A DNA stretch of 64,000 nucleotides from an uncultured Bacteroidales bacterium (GTDB lineage: Bacteria > Bacteroidota > Bacteroidia > Bacteroidales > JAIORY01): positions 10,064 through 74,063 of the forward strand of contig CAYOKJ010000001.1 of the NCBI GenBank assembly GCA_964404485.1, given 5' to 3'. A program made the translations under genes and the position numbers. How positions within the stretch are numbered: position 1 is the stretch's first letter; the number at the start of each line of letters is the position of its first letter. This document shows, one piece after another, positions 43,525-53,364 of this stretch. Under the pieces are notes generated by a model. The model worked only from the letters and a program-made list of their open reading frames with translations, was not told the origin of the DNA and did no database searches.

Positions 43525-45351
43525 ATGAAGTCTTTTACAATTATAGGAATAATTTTTTTACTGACTGTTAACTGTTTCGGTCAGGAAAGAGCTATGGTTT
43601 GGTATTTTGGCGACCATTCAGGAATAGATTTCAAAAGTGGGGAACCACAAGTTTTGGTTGATGGAGTATTAAAAGCCGAGGCAGGTTGTGCAAGTATTTG
43701 CGACGAAAATGGGAATATTCTATTTTACACTAATGGAAATAAAGTCTGGAACAGAAATCACCAACTAATGGCCAACGGCGATACTTTAAATGGAAGCCAA
43801 CTTGTAAACCAAAACAGTGTGATTATCCCAAAACCTTTGTCGGATTCTATTTATTATCTATTTACCTTAAATGATTACGATACTTTGCGAGGATTCAATT
43901 ACTCGGTAATTAATATCAATTTGGAAGATGGTTTGGGTAAACTGGTGGAAAAAAACATTCCTATTTCGATTAACATTCTTGAGAAAATTACTGCTGTTGA
44001 ACATTGTAATGGGCAGGATTACTGGATAATTACTCATGGTTATAACAACGATTTTTATTCTTATTTGGTTACAGATGAAGAAGCAATATTTGACACAATT
44101 AAAAGCAATACCGGTTCTGAACCAAAGGCAGATATTGGCTATTTGAAAGTTTCTCCTGCTGCAAATAAAATTGTGATGCCGATAAACAATGTTGATATTT
44201 TAGCTGAAGTGTTCACTTTTAATAACCGTACTGGAGAAATAAATAATCCGGTTAAGGTATTTACAAAACATGAAAATACTTACTGCTTTGGTATTGAGTT
44301 TTCACCCGATGGAAATTTACTTTACATAAGTACAGGAGGTAAAAGTTATGATATTTGGCAATATAATTTAAGACAGCAAAACGAAGAACTATTTAACAGT
44401 TCGGCAATTCATATTTCAAGTGGGAACAATTTTGCAATGCAACTTGCGCCAAACAGCAGAATTTATATTGCCTGTGAAAACCGGCCTTACCTTAATGCTA
44501 TTAATAAACCCAATCAACTTGGTAAAGAATGTAACTATCAAGCTAAAGCTGTAAATTTTACCCAAAGCACTTCACTAATGGGATTACCAAATTTTATGCA
44601 GTCGTGGTTTTACAAGCCATCATTTGATTTTAAAAACACATGTTTTCAAGATTCCACACTCTTTACTTTTTATCAGTATGAGAATACCGATTCGTTAATA
44701 TGGGATTTTGGTGATGCTTCGAAAAACCATTCTTTGATAGAAGATGGATTTTCTGTTTTCCACCAATATAAAGAAACAGGTTTGTATAATGTTGAGTTAA
44801 AAATATTTCATTGCGATATTGTTGATACGGTAATAAAACAAGTGGAAATATTCCCTTATCCTGTATCAAAACTAATTTCTGATACAGTAATATGCAATAA
44901 CTGTTCGCTGGTACTTGATGCGGGTAGCGGCTTCGATTCTTATCTCTGGGATAATGGAAATGAAAGCAGGTTTTCAACTATTTACAATAGTGGAACCTAT
45001 TTTGTGGAAGTTGAAAAAAATGGTTGTTTTACAACAGATACTGTTTTTGTTAGAAATGAAAAAATAATTCTTAAACTACCCAATGCTTTTACACCCAACG
45101 GCGATGGGCTTAATGATGAGTTTAGGGTTATTAGCACTAATGATGTAGTTGATTTTAATATGTGGATATATAATCGCCACAGTGGGATTGTTTATCAAAG
45201 CAATAATATGTTTGAAGGGTGGGATGGAAAACATCTGGGGAAACCCTGCAATCAAGAAACATTTGTTTGGAACATTACTTTCAGTTATTACAACGAAATG
45301 GGAGAGTTAATTAATGAAGTCAAAAGAGGATTTGTAACTTTGATAAAGTAG
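43525..45351 (+). CDS. T9SS type B sorting domain (gliding-motility C-terminal domain) protein with a PKD-like domain
   Basis: C-terminal LPNAFTPNGDGLNDEF motif. PKD-like WDFGDASKN. Signal peptide. Confidence 0.8.
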   Translation: MKSFTIIGIIFLLTVNCFGQERAMVWYFGDHSGIDFKSGEPQVLVDGVLKAEAGCASICDENGNILFYTNGNKVWNRNHQLMANGDTLNGSQLVNQNSVIIPKPLSDSIYYLFTLNDYDTLRGFNYSVININLEDGLGKLVEKNIPISINILEKITAVEHCNGQDYWIITHGYNNDFYSYLVTDEEAIFDTIKSNTGSEPKADIGYLKVSPAANKIVMPINNVDILAEVFTFNNRTGEINNPVKVFTKHENTYCFGIEFSPDGNLLYISTGGKSYDIWQYNLRQQNEELFNSSAIHISSGNNFAMQLAPNSRIYIACENRPYLNAINKPNQLGKECNYQAKAVNFTQSTSLMGLPNFMQSWFYKPSFDFKNTCFQDSTLFTFYQYENTDSLIWDFGDASKNHSLIEDGFSVFHQYKETGLYNVELKIFHCDIVDTVIKQVEIFPYPVSKLISDTVICNNCSLVLDAGSGFDSYLWDNGNESRFSTIYNSGTYFVEVEKNGCFTTDTVFVRNEKIILKLPNAFTPNGDGLNDEFRVISTNDVVDFNMWIYNRHSGIVYQSNNMFEGWDGKHLGKPCNQETFVWNITFSYYNEMGELINEVKRGFVTLIK

Positions 45352-45465
45352 TGGTTAACAGTTTATCTATCTTAGTCGGACAACTAAACTCCCAATATTT
45401 CCGTCTTGCATTTGAAAGGCCTTTTTTTATTCACGGAATAATAACACTAATTTAAAATTACAATT

Positions 45466-47514
45466 ATGAAACACTTTTTACTTCTTTTTTTCGCACTTGT
45501 TATTAGCGGCTGTTTGTTGTCGCAAAATGCACCTGTTGCTGTTGACGATTATGTTGATGTTAATCTGGGTGATATAGTAACTGTTAATGTAATCGAAAAT
45601 GATTATCATCCGGATAGTTTATCTTTTAGTATATTTATGGCTGGTGGATCTGTTTCCTTCACTGACAGTACAATTACGTATGATATAAATTATGAATTAT
45701 ATTATAACCATACTGATACAATTGAATTTAACTATGTCATCAAAGATGAAAATGGAAATTATAATCCTGAATTTTCCAGAGCTATTGTTTTTATTATCAT
45801 AAAGGATAATAATTATTACGATTTTCTGGATCAGAACAATATTAGGGCAAAAGTTCAGGCAAGCGGCCTTCAGTTTCATAGAGAAGACCCATCAACAATG
45901 TATTACGACACTAGTTATTTTGAATTTCCAAAGGGAAGTGGGAAAAACACAATTTTTAATTCATCTTTATGGGTTGGTGGAAATGATGGATCGGGAGAAC
46001 TAAAATTGGCAGCAGAGCGTTATCGTCAATTTGGTTTGGATTATTGGCCAGGACCCTTAAGTATAAACGGCAGTAACTTAAGTATGGATACTTCTACGGT
46101 TATCAAATGGCAAAATGTTTGGAAACTAACCAAAGAAGAAGTGATCTATCACAAGCTTCATTGGTGGGAAGCAGCTTACGAACCTATTGAAAATATTGCT
46201 ACATGGCCTGCTCATGGTAATGTAGAATTAAATCAGGCAGAATATCTTGCTCCGTTTATTGATGTTGATGGCGACAGTATTTACAATCCAATGTCAGGTG
46301 ATTATCCGCTTATTCGTGGTGACCAGTGTATTTATTTTATTATTAATGATTTACGGCAACACACCGAAACTGGGGGAGAGGCACTTGGTCTTGAAATTCA
46401 CGGAATGGCTTATGAATTTTTTGATACGGAAACCGAAGCAATGAACAATACTGTATTTTATAGTTATAAAATATTCAACAGATCATCAAACACTTATTAT
46501 GATACATATATTGGTCTGTTTACTGATTTCGATATTGGTTTTGCATGGGATGATTTTGTAGGTTGTGATGTAGCAAGGGGTGCTTATTATGGTTATAACG
46601 GTGATTCAATTGATGGTAACGGAGAACCAGAATCGTATGGAGATTTTATTCCAGCACAGGGTATTGCTATACTTGGTGGCCCTATTATAGATGCAAACGG
46701 AGTAGATGATCCAACAGGTCAATGTGATGAAGGTATTAATGGTATTGGGTTTGGTGATGGAATAAAAGATAACGAACGCTATGGAATGAAGAAATTTCTG
46801 TATATGATAAATTCAAATGGCGTGCAGGGAGACCCACAAACAGCAGATGAATATTACGGATATTTGAATGGAATATGGCGAGATGGAACAGTTATGGAAT
46901 ATGGCGGAAATGGCCATGTAAGCAGTGGTGCTTATGGACCGGCAGCAAATTTCATGTTTCCCGGTTTAAGTGATCCTTGTTTCTGGGGAACCGGAGGCGA
47001 AGAGCCTTATGGTCCTGTTGACTGGACAGAAACTTCAACAGGAAATGAGCCTGGAGACCGCAGGGGATTGAGTGTTATGGGACCTTTTACATTCGAACCA
47101 GGAAGCATGGAAAGAGTTGACATTGCTTATGTTGGTGCATTCCCTGAAGAAGGAATAACAGCTGTTGAAAATCTTATGAACTATATTGACATAATAAAAA
47201 ATGAATATAAAAAAGATCCTACTTACTTCGGCTATCAATGGTTAGGTATTGAGGATAATAAAATAGAAACTGCGAATAATAAGTTAATTGCATATCCAAA
47301 CCCTGTAACCAACAAACTTACATTTATTTATGAAGGTACTGCTAATAAAGCAAGCTATAAATTAAGTGATATAATGGGAAAGATAATTTATACAGGAAAC
47401 ATAATCAAAAAAGAGCCACTTACTATTAATCTAACAAAACTGACCTCTGGTGTTTATGTTCTCACAGTAACTGACACAAAAATGATATATTCAGCAAAAG
47501 TGATTAAGAAATAA
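45466..47514 (+). CDS. T9SS type A sorting domain-containing secreted protein
   Basis: Signal peptide. N-terminal cadherin/Ig-like APVAVDDYVDV...ENDYHPD. C-terminal CTD AYPNPVTNKLTFIY...GVYVLTVTD. Confidence 0.8.
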   Translation: MKHFLLLFFALVISGCLLSQNAPVAVDDYVDVNLGDIVTVNVIENDYHPDSLSFSIFMAGGSVSFTDSTITYDINYELYYNHTDTIEFNYVIKDENGNYNPEFSRAIVFIIIKDNNYYDFLDQNNIRAKVQASGLQFHREDPSTMYYDTSYFEFPKGSGKNTIFNSSLWVGGNDGSGELKLAAERYRQFGLDYWPGPLSINGSNLSMDTSTVIKWQNVWKLTKEEVIYHKLHWWEAAYEPIENIATWPAHGNVELNQAEYLAPFIDVDGDSIYNPMSGDYPLIRGDQCIYFIINDLRQHTETGGEALGLEIHGMAYEFFDTETEAMNNTVFYSYKIFNRSSNTYYDTYIGLFTDFDIGFAWDDFVGCDVARGAYYGYNGDSIDGNGEPESYGDFIPAQGIAILGGPIIDANGVDDPTGQCDEGINGIGFGDGIKDNERYGMKKFLYMINSNGVQGDPQTADEYYGYLNGIWRDGTVMEYGGNGHVSSGAYGPAANFMFPGLSDPCFWGTGGEEPYGPVDWTETSTGNEPGDRRGLSVMGPFTFEPGSMERVDIAYVGAFPEEGITAVENLMNYIDIIKNEYKKDPTYFGYQWLGIEDNKIETANNKLIAYPNPVTNKLTFIYEGTANKASYKLSDIMGKIIYTGNIIKKEPLTINLTKLTSGVYVLTVTDTKMIYSAKVIKK

Positions 47515-47542
47515 TTCAATTAATTTTTCATTTTTACTAAAA

Positions 47543-47575
47543 CTCGTAGTTTTCAAACAGCTACGGGTTTTTTTT
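47543..47575 (+). terminator. rho-independent terminator
   Basis: CTCGTAG...CTACGGG stem (7 bp with one G-U pair), followed by T8 (47568-47575). Confidence 0.6.
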
Positions 47576-47686
47576 ATGTTTGAATAAAAAATCTGAAAAA
47601 ATCCTCTAAGAGCTTTTGAGTCTCTGGGGGGTTGCCATTACAAATTCACTGAAATCCTCCATATTTTAAAAATCCAAAGGACTTTA

Positions 47687-48295
47687 TTATTTCACCAAGA
47701 CAACATTTATAAGAGAGTTAACAAGATATGTTTTTTTGCTTGACATACAAACACATTTATATCGTTTTCTAAGTTTTTCTTTTTTCTTAAAAATTCTTCC
47801 ACTTGGAATTTGAAAAACAGAATTTAGTGGAATATCTTCTAAAACAAGCTGTCCGGGATTATCATCATATTTTTGCAAACATCTTGATAGCTCAAGATCA
47901 GAATCACATGTAGCTTTTGCATTTTTTAAATATTTTTTTAATGCTTTTTCAATATCCTCAGGAAAAATATTCTTATCTAAAAAATTATTCATTAAACAAT
48001 AAAACTCCGTTTTCCATTCAATGCCGTGGGGTTTGGCTTTTCTTTTGAATTTATTCCAAACCAATAAATGAGCAATCTCATGAATAAGTGTTATCAAAAA
48101 TGAATATTTATTTAAATCATGGTTGACAGAAATTCTGTGTTGTAAATTTTTTGTTGCCGGTCTGAAATCTCCTAATTTAGTTGTGCGTGATCTCGAAATT
48201 CTTAAATAAATTTTTTCTTTTACAATCCATTCAATAATTGTGTTAAGTGTTTTTTCGGGAAGATATTTTACTAAAATCTGTTTCTCTTGATCCAT
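47687..48295 (-). CDS. SprT-like zinc metalloprotease domain protein
   Basis: HEIAHLLV (HExxH) and RTTKLGDFRP. Start moved to ATG 48295 (MDQEKQILVKYLPE). Confidence 0.75.
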   Translation of the reverse strand: MDQEKQILVKYLPEKTLNTIIEWIVKEKIYLRISRSRTTKLGDFRPATKNLQHRISVNHDLNKYSFLITLIHEIAHLLVWNKFKRKAKPHGIEWKTEFYCLMNNFLDKNIFPEDIEKALKKYLKNAKATCDSDLELSRCLQKYDDNPGQLVLEDIPLNSVFQIPSGRIFKKKEKLRKRYKCVCMSSKKTYLVNSLINVVLVK

Positions 48296-48327
48296 TCTTA
48301 CTAATAAATTAGTGTTTGATAATAAAG

Positions 48328-48522
48328 TCAAACAATTCTAAACTCATAAACTATATATTCTTTTTGTGGATTAATATAACTCCATTTCGAACATTCAATA
48401 CATTTTTTTGATTTTCTTCTTTTATATGGATACCTTGAAGTTGAGCAAGATGAAAAGATCATTAATAATGCAAAAGCTAATATGGAAAACAAAAAGTAGT
48501 TTTTTTTCGTTATAATCATCAT
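48328..48522 (-). CDS. small hypothetical lipoprotein
   Basis: 64 aa. Signal plus lipobox (LLMIFSSC) and a basic tail. No recognisable family. Confidence 0.35.
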   Translation of the reverse strand: MMIITKKNYFLFSILAFALLMIFSSCSTSRYPYKRRKSKKCIECSKWSYINPQKEYIVYEFRIV

Positions 48523-48661
48523 ATTTTTATTGAAAATTGAAAATTTTATTAATTATATAACGTTATTTTATATTTATAATTTTGTTCAAAAAAGATATTT
48601 ACACAAAAGTAAAAAATTTATAAACATTTATTAAATTAGCAAAAAAATTACCAAGAGAAAA

Positions 48662-49396
48662 ATGATACGAAACATTGGTAAATATGTGACTTTATTGTCT
48701 GAAACCTTTAAAAGACCTGACAAAGGATCAGTCTTCAGGAAACAATTATTGCGTGAATTTAAAAATCTGGGATTAGATTCTCTCGGAATTGTTGCCATTA
48801 TTTCTGTTTTTATGGGTGCAGTTGTTGCACTTCAAACAGCATATAATATTGATAATCCTTTAATTCCATTAACAATGGTTGGATTTACAACACGGCAATC
48901 TATTATTTTAGAATTTTCTCCTACAATTATTAGCTTAATTCTTGCAGGAAAAGTTGGTTCCAGAATATCATCAGAGATAGGCACAATGAGAATTTCAGAA
49001 CAAATTGATGCATTAAAAATTATGGGAGTAAGTCCTGCAAATTATTTGCTTCTCCCAAAAATTTCAGCAGCAATGATTATTCATCCTGTGCTTATTATTT
49101 TCAGTATTGTAATTGGTTTATTTGGAGGATGGCTTGCATGTGCTATCACCGGAATTGTTACTCCAACCGATTATGTCATTGGTTTAAGAAGCTGGTTCGA
49201 AACATATACTGTTTTTTATGCTTTGATAAAAACTGCAGTATTTGCTTTTATTATTACTTCCGTTTCCGGTTATATGGGCTATTATACAAGTGGTGGTTCA
49301 CTTGAAGTTGGTGCGGCCAGCACAAAAGCTGTGGTTTACAGCAGTATTCTTATCATTTTTTTTAATTTAATTTTAACCCAAATGTTGTTATCATGA
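48662..49396 (+). CDS. MlaE-family ABC transporter permease
   Basis: 244 aa. MlaE/Ttg2B-like motifs (TRQSIILEFSPTIISLILAGKVGS...EIGTMRISEQIDAL). Confidence 0.85.
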   Translation: MIRNIGKYVTLLSETFKRPDKGSVFRKQLLREFKNLGLDSLGIVAIISVFMGAVVALQTAYNIDNPLIPLTMVGFTTRQSIILEFSPTIISLILAGKVGSRISSEIGTMRISEQIDALKIMGVSPANYLLLPKISAAMIIHPVLIIFSIVIGLFGGWLACAITGIVTPTDYVIGLRSWFETYTVFYALIKTAVFAFIITSVSGYMGYYTSGGSLEVGAASTKAVVYSSILIIFFNLILTQMLLS

Positions 49397-50136
49397 TTCA
49401 GGCAGTTAACATATCAAAATTCTTTGGGGAGACGGAAATACTGAATGATGTTTCGCTTACTTTCGAAAAAGGGAAAACCAACCTAATCATTGGACAGAGT
49501 GGTTCGGGCAAAACAGTTTTAATGAAATGCCTTGTTGGATTATATGATGTTAATGAAGGCAGTGTTGAATACGACGGTAGAAATATCTCGAAAATGTCTT
49601 TCAAAGAAAAAAAAGGAATAAGAAAAGAGCTTGGAATGCTGTTTCAGGGAGGAGCTTTGTTTGATTCTATTAATGTTGAAGAAAATATTATGTTTCCTCT
49701 TTCGATGTTTACAAACCAATCTTATGAAGAAAAACTCGAAAGAGTAAATTTCTGTCTTAAAAGAGTAAACCTCGAAAATGTAAACAATCTCCTTCCTTCG
49801 GAACTTAGTGGAGGAATGATGAAAAGAGTTGCCATTGCCAGAGCAATTTCTTTAAATCCAAAATATCTTTTTTGTGATGAACCAAATTCCGGTTTAGATC
49901 CTAAAACTGCTAATGTTATTGACAATCTAATTAGTGAGATCACTCAAGAATTTAAAACCACAACAATTATTAATACCCATGATATGAATTCGGTTTTAAA
50001 TATTGGTGATAACATTGCGTTTCTATACAAAGGTAAGCTTGAGTGGCAGGGAACAAAATCCGAAATATTAAAAACAAATAATAATAAATTGAATAGCTTT
50101 GTGTTTGCAACAGAATTAACTAAACGATTGAAGTAA
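49393..50136 (+). CDS. ABC transporter ATP-binding protein (MlaF-like)
   Basis: GQSGSGKT, LSGGMMKRVAIAR, LFCDEPNSGLD. 4-nt overlap with the permease gene. Confidence 0.85.
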   Translation: MIQAVNISKFFGETEILNDVSLTFEKGKTNLIIGQSGSGKTVLMKCLVGLYDVNEGSVEYDGRNISKMSFKEKKGIRKELGMLFQGGALFDSINVEENIMFPLSMFTNQSYEEKLERVNFCLKRVNLENVNNLLPSELSGGMMKRVAIARAISLNPKYLFCDEPNSGLDPKTANVIDNLISEITQEFKTTTIINTHDMNSVLNIGDNIAFLYKGKLEWQGTKSEILKTNNNKLNSFVFATELTKRLK

Positions 50137-50184
50137 AGAAACTTTAACTTTAGGTATTTTAAAAACTAAAATTTAATAAACATT

Positions 50185-50715
50185 ATGAATTTTCTGGATA
50201 TAATTTTTGCAGTTTTCTTTGTATGGTTTGCATACAATGGTTTTAAAAAAGGACTTATAATCGAAATAACTTCTCTTGCTGCCTTAATTCTTGGTATTTA
50301 TGTCAGTATAAATTTTTCATTTTACGCTGCTGATTTTCTCAATAATAATTTCGAAATTAACCCAAAATATATGTCAATTATTTCTTTTATGATCACCTTA
50401 ATTGTTGTGGTATTTTTGGTTTATATGGTTGGGAAGATTCTCGAAAAATTCATCGATATTATCATGTTAGGTTTTTTGAATAAATTGGCAGGCTCTGTTT
50501 TTGGAATAATAAAAGCTGCATTTATTTTAAGCGTGCTAATTTTTATTATTAATTATTTTGATGATAATAAATCTGTAATCACTGAGAAAAGCAGAAATAA
50601 CTCATTGCTTTATGAGCCAGTTTCTTCTTTTGCTCCTACAATAATTCCAAAATTAAACCTCGATAAATTAAAGGAAATAACAAAACCTATTCAGGAGGAG
50701 CTGGAAAATCTTTAG
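50185..50715 (+). CDS. CvpA family membrane protein
   Basis: 176 aa with 4 TM helices. N-terminus MNFLDIIFAVFFVWFAYNGFKKGLI is typical of CvpA. Confidence 0.75.
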   Translation: MNFLDIIFAVFFVWFAYNGFKKGLIIEITSLAALILGIYVSINFSFYAADFLNNNFEINPKYMSIISFMITLIVVVFLVYMVGKILEKFIDIIMLGFLNKLAGSVFGIIKAAFILSVLIFIINYFDDNKSVITEKSRNNSLLYEPVSSFAPTIIPKLNLDKLKEITKPIQEELENL

Positions 50716-50804
50716 AGGTTAAATACTAAAATTTTAGTATTTTTTTATCTGTATGAATTTTTATGTTTGGCTAAATAGCACTTATTTTTTTAAATATTTA
50801 ACTC

Positions 50805-50877
50805 CGAATATCGATTAACGAATAATGATTTGAGAAAGAAAAAAAATCAAAAATCGTTAATCGTTAATCGATATTCG
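50805..50877. repeat. 17-bp perfect inverted repeat enclosing inverted copies of repeat modules A and B
   Basis: CGAATATCGATTAACGA (50805-21) pairs with TCGTTAATCGATATTCG (50861-77). Modules at 50812-34 and 50837-63 equal the reverse complement of 13854-76 and 13921-47. Confidence 0.85.
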
Positions 50878-50940
50878 TTATTCATTTCTTTATTAAATTG
50901 TACACAGCTTTATAATATTGCTTCATTAATATTCACAAAA

Positions 50941-51000
50941 AACTACTAATAATTACAACAAATTACAATCAATTACTACTAATTACTACAATTAATCACT
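50941..51000. repeat. 10-bp-period tandem repeat AATTACWAYW (4 good units plus degenerate flanks)
   Basis: AATTACAACA, AATTACAATC, AATTACTACT, AATTACTACA at 50951-50990. Lies between the convergent cvpA-like and pgk genes. Confidence 0.8.
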
Positions 51001-51031
51001 GTTTAGTTTCACGCTTTGAATATTCCCAATT

Positions 51032-52222
51032 TTACTCCATTATCGCCTTCACTCCCGGAAGTTCTTTGCCTTCAATAAATTCAAGCATTGCACCACCACC
51101 TGTAGAAACATAACTGACTTTTTCTGATAAATTAAATTTGTTAATTGCTGCCACAGAATCACCTCCACCAATCAACGAATACGTTCCATTTTGAGTTGCT
51201 TCTGCAATATCTTCGGCAATAAATTTTGTTCCATCTTCAAAATTCGGCATTTCAAAAACACCCATTGGCCCATTCCAAAGTATGGTTTTTGAATTATGTA
51301 CAACTTCAGCAAATTGTTCTGATGTTTCCGGTCCTATATCTAAACCCATCCATCCTTCAGGAATGTCAAATGAATCACATGAGATTATTTGTGCATCATT
51401 TTGAAACTCATCAGCTGCAATAACATCTGTTGGTAGGTAAAAATTTACACCAAGTTTTTTTGCTTTTTCAATAGCACTTTTGGCAACTACCAAAAGTTCT
51501 TCTTCAATTAATGAATTACCAATATTTCCTCCTAATGCTTTTATAAAAGTAAACATCATACCACCTCCTATAATGATATTATCAACTTTGTTGAGCAACT
51601 GATTTATTATTTCAATTTTCCCGGAAACTTTTGCTCCGCCGAGGATTGCAGTAAAAGGTTTTTGTGGTTCGGATAATACTTTGTTTAAATTTTCTAATTC
51701 ATTTTCCATGATAAATCCAAATAGTTTATCATTTGGAAAAAACTTTGCAATTACTGCAGTGGAAGCATGTGCACGATGAGCTGTTCCAAAAGCATCATTA
51801 ATATAAACATCACCTAATCCGGCTAATTTTTTAGCAAATTCTTCATCTCCCTTTTTCTCTTCTTTATAAAAACGAAGATTTTCTAAAAGCAAAACTTCTC
51901 CTGTTTTTAAATTCGTTGCTAATTCAAAAGCTTTTTCTCCAATGCAATCATCGGCAAATTTTACATCAACACTTAGTTTTTCAGAAAGAAATTTAAGCAA
52001 ATGTTTTAATGAAAACTTATCTTCCGGACCATTTTTTGGTCTGCCAAGATGCGACATCAAAATAACTGAACCTTCGTCGTTAAGTACTTTTTTAATTGTA
52101 GGAATTGCAGCATTAATCCTTGTTGCATCAGTTATTTCAAATTTATCATTTAAGGGTACATTAAAATCTACTCTGATCAATGCCCTTTTATTCTTAAAAT
52201 TATATGTGTCAATTGTTTTCAT
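51032..52222 (-). CDS. pgk: phosphoglycerate kinase
   Basis: Start moved to [23 protein letters not shown]. Later motifs AHRAHAS and STGGGA. Confidence 0.95.
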   Translation of the reverse strand: MKTIDTYNFKNKRALIRVDFNVPLNDKFEITDATRINAAIPTIKKVLNDEGSVILMSHLGRPKNGPEDKFSLKHLLKFLSEKLSVDVKFADDCIGEKAFELATNLKTGEVLLLENLRFYKEEKKGDEEFAKKLAGLGDVYINDAFGTAHRAHASTAVIAKFFPNDKLFGFIMENELENLNKVLSEPQKPFTAILGGAKVSGKIEIINQLLNKVDNIIIGGGMMFTFIKALGGNIGNSLIEEELLVVAKSAIEKAKKLGVNFYLPTDVIAADEFQNDAQIISCDSFDIPEGWMGLDIGPETSEQFAEVVHNSKTILWNGPMGVFEMPNFEDGTKFIAEDIAEATQNGTYSLIGGGDSVAAINKFNLSEKVSYVSTGGGAMLEFIEGKELPGVKAIME

Positions 52223-52343
52223 AGTAAATGTTTTGTGAATTTCAGAAAAATCAAAATTAATAATATCAATCCGTTTTTTCTGTTTTATTTCCAAATTAAT
52301 TTGTATTGATTATTTTGTACTTTCGCCTGATAAAAACTTAATT

Positions 52344-53363
52344 ATGAAAAAAACAATCTATTTATTGTGTTTAACGGCAGCATTTATTCTTGTAGTACTG
52401 CCATCTTGTAACTATGAAAAACCGGCAGTTCCGAATTCATCAGGAAAAACGTCAGAAATGCTTATTATTACAAATAATAAAGCACAATGGAATTCACAGC
52501 TTGGAGATACAATAAAAGATTTTTTTGGTCAGTTGTGTGTTGGACTTCCACAACCCGAACCATTGTTTTTGATGGTAAATATTCCCGAAGATGCATTTAT
52601 TGAAATGTATCACAAACATCGTAATATTTTTATTGTTGATATTGATAATAAATTTAAAGAAACTCAGGTTGAAACAAAAAAAGATCTTTGGGCAATTCCA
52701 CAAAGAGTAATTAAAATTACTTCTCCTGATGTTAATTCCTTTTTTAAGAAATTTGGTGAAGATAAAAATGTATTTCTTGAGCTTTTCAACAGGGTTGAAA
52801 GAAGAAGGATAAACAAAGCATATCGATCAATTGCAGTTTCAAAAATCGAAAATAAACTTATAAAAACTTTTGGAATTTCATTAACTGTACCCGGCGGTTT
52901 TAATATTGCCAAATCTCATCCTGATTTTATTTGGTTACGCAGGGAAACCAAAAAAGAAAGTCAGGCAATTATGGTTTACAGCTTTGATTATAAAGATAAG
53001 TCTTCTTTCGAAATGAATAAAATTATTGCGAAAAGAAATTTTTTCACCAAGAAATTTATTCCCGGACCTACTAATAATTCTTATATGTGTGTTTCGGAAG
53101 ATGTAATTCTTCCGGTAGCAAATGAAATAAATTTTTTAAAAAATTATGCTATTGAAACCAGGGGTCTTTGGAGAGTTGAGGGAGACTTTATGGGTGGACC
53201 GTTTTTAAGTTACACTTTTGTAAACGAGAACACAAACAAAATCATTACAATTGATGCTTATGTTTATGCACCACGAACAATAAAAAGGGACTTAGTGCGA
53301 CAACTCGAAGCCATTTGTTATACAATGAAATTTGCAGAAAAAAATAATTCAACAAAAAAATAA
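52344..53363 (+). CDS. DUF4837-like lipoprotein
   Basis: 339 aa. Lipobox LPSC. GLPQPEPLF...HRNIFIV resembles my recollection of the DUF4837 family. Confidence 0.55.
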   Translation: MKKTIYLLCLTAAFILVVLPSCNYEKPAVPNSSGKTSEMLIITNNKAQWNSQLGDTIKDFFGQLCVGLPQPEPLFLMVNIPEDAFIEMYHKHRNIFIVDIDNKFKETQVETKKDLWAIPQRVIKITSPDVNSFFKKFGEDKNVFLELFNRVERRRINKAYRSIAVSKIENKLIKTFGISLTVPGGFNIAKSHPDFIWLRRETKKESQAIMVYSFDYKDKSSFEMNKIIAKRNFFTKKFIPGPTNNSYMCVSEDVILPVANEINFLKNYAIETRGLWRVEGDFMGGPFLSYTFVNENTNKIITIDAYVYAPRTIKRDLVRQLEAICYTMKFAEKNNSTKK

Positions 53364-53364
53364 A

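Noticed and set aside
48662-50136. MlaE/MlaF-like pair lacking an adjacent MlaD as an anomaly
   Set aside because: As far as I recall, separation of the MCE/MlaD component from the permease-ATPase pair is common in Bacteroidota. It is not distinctive without whole-genome context.
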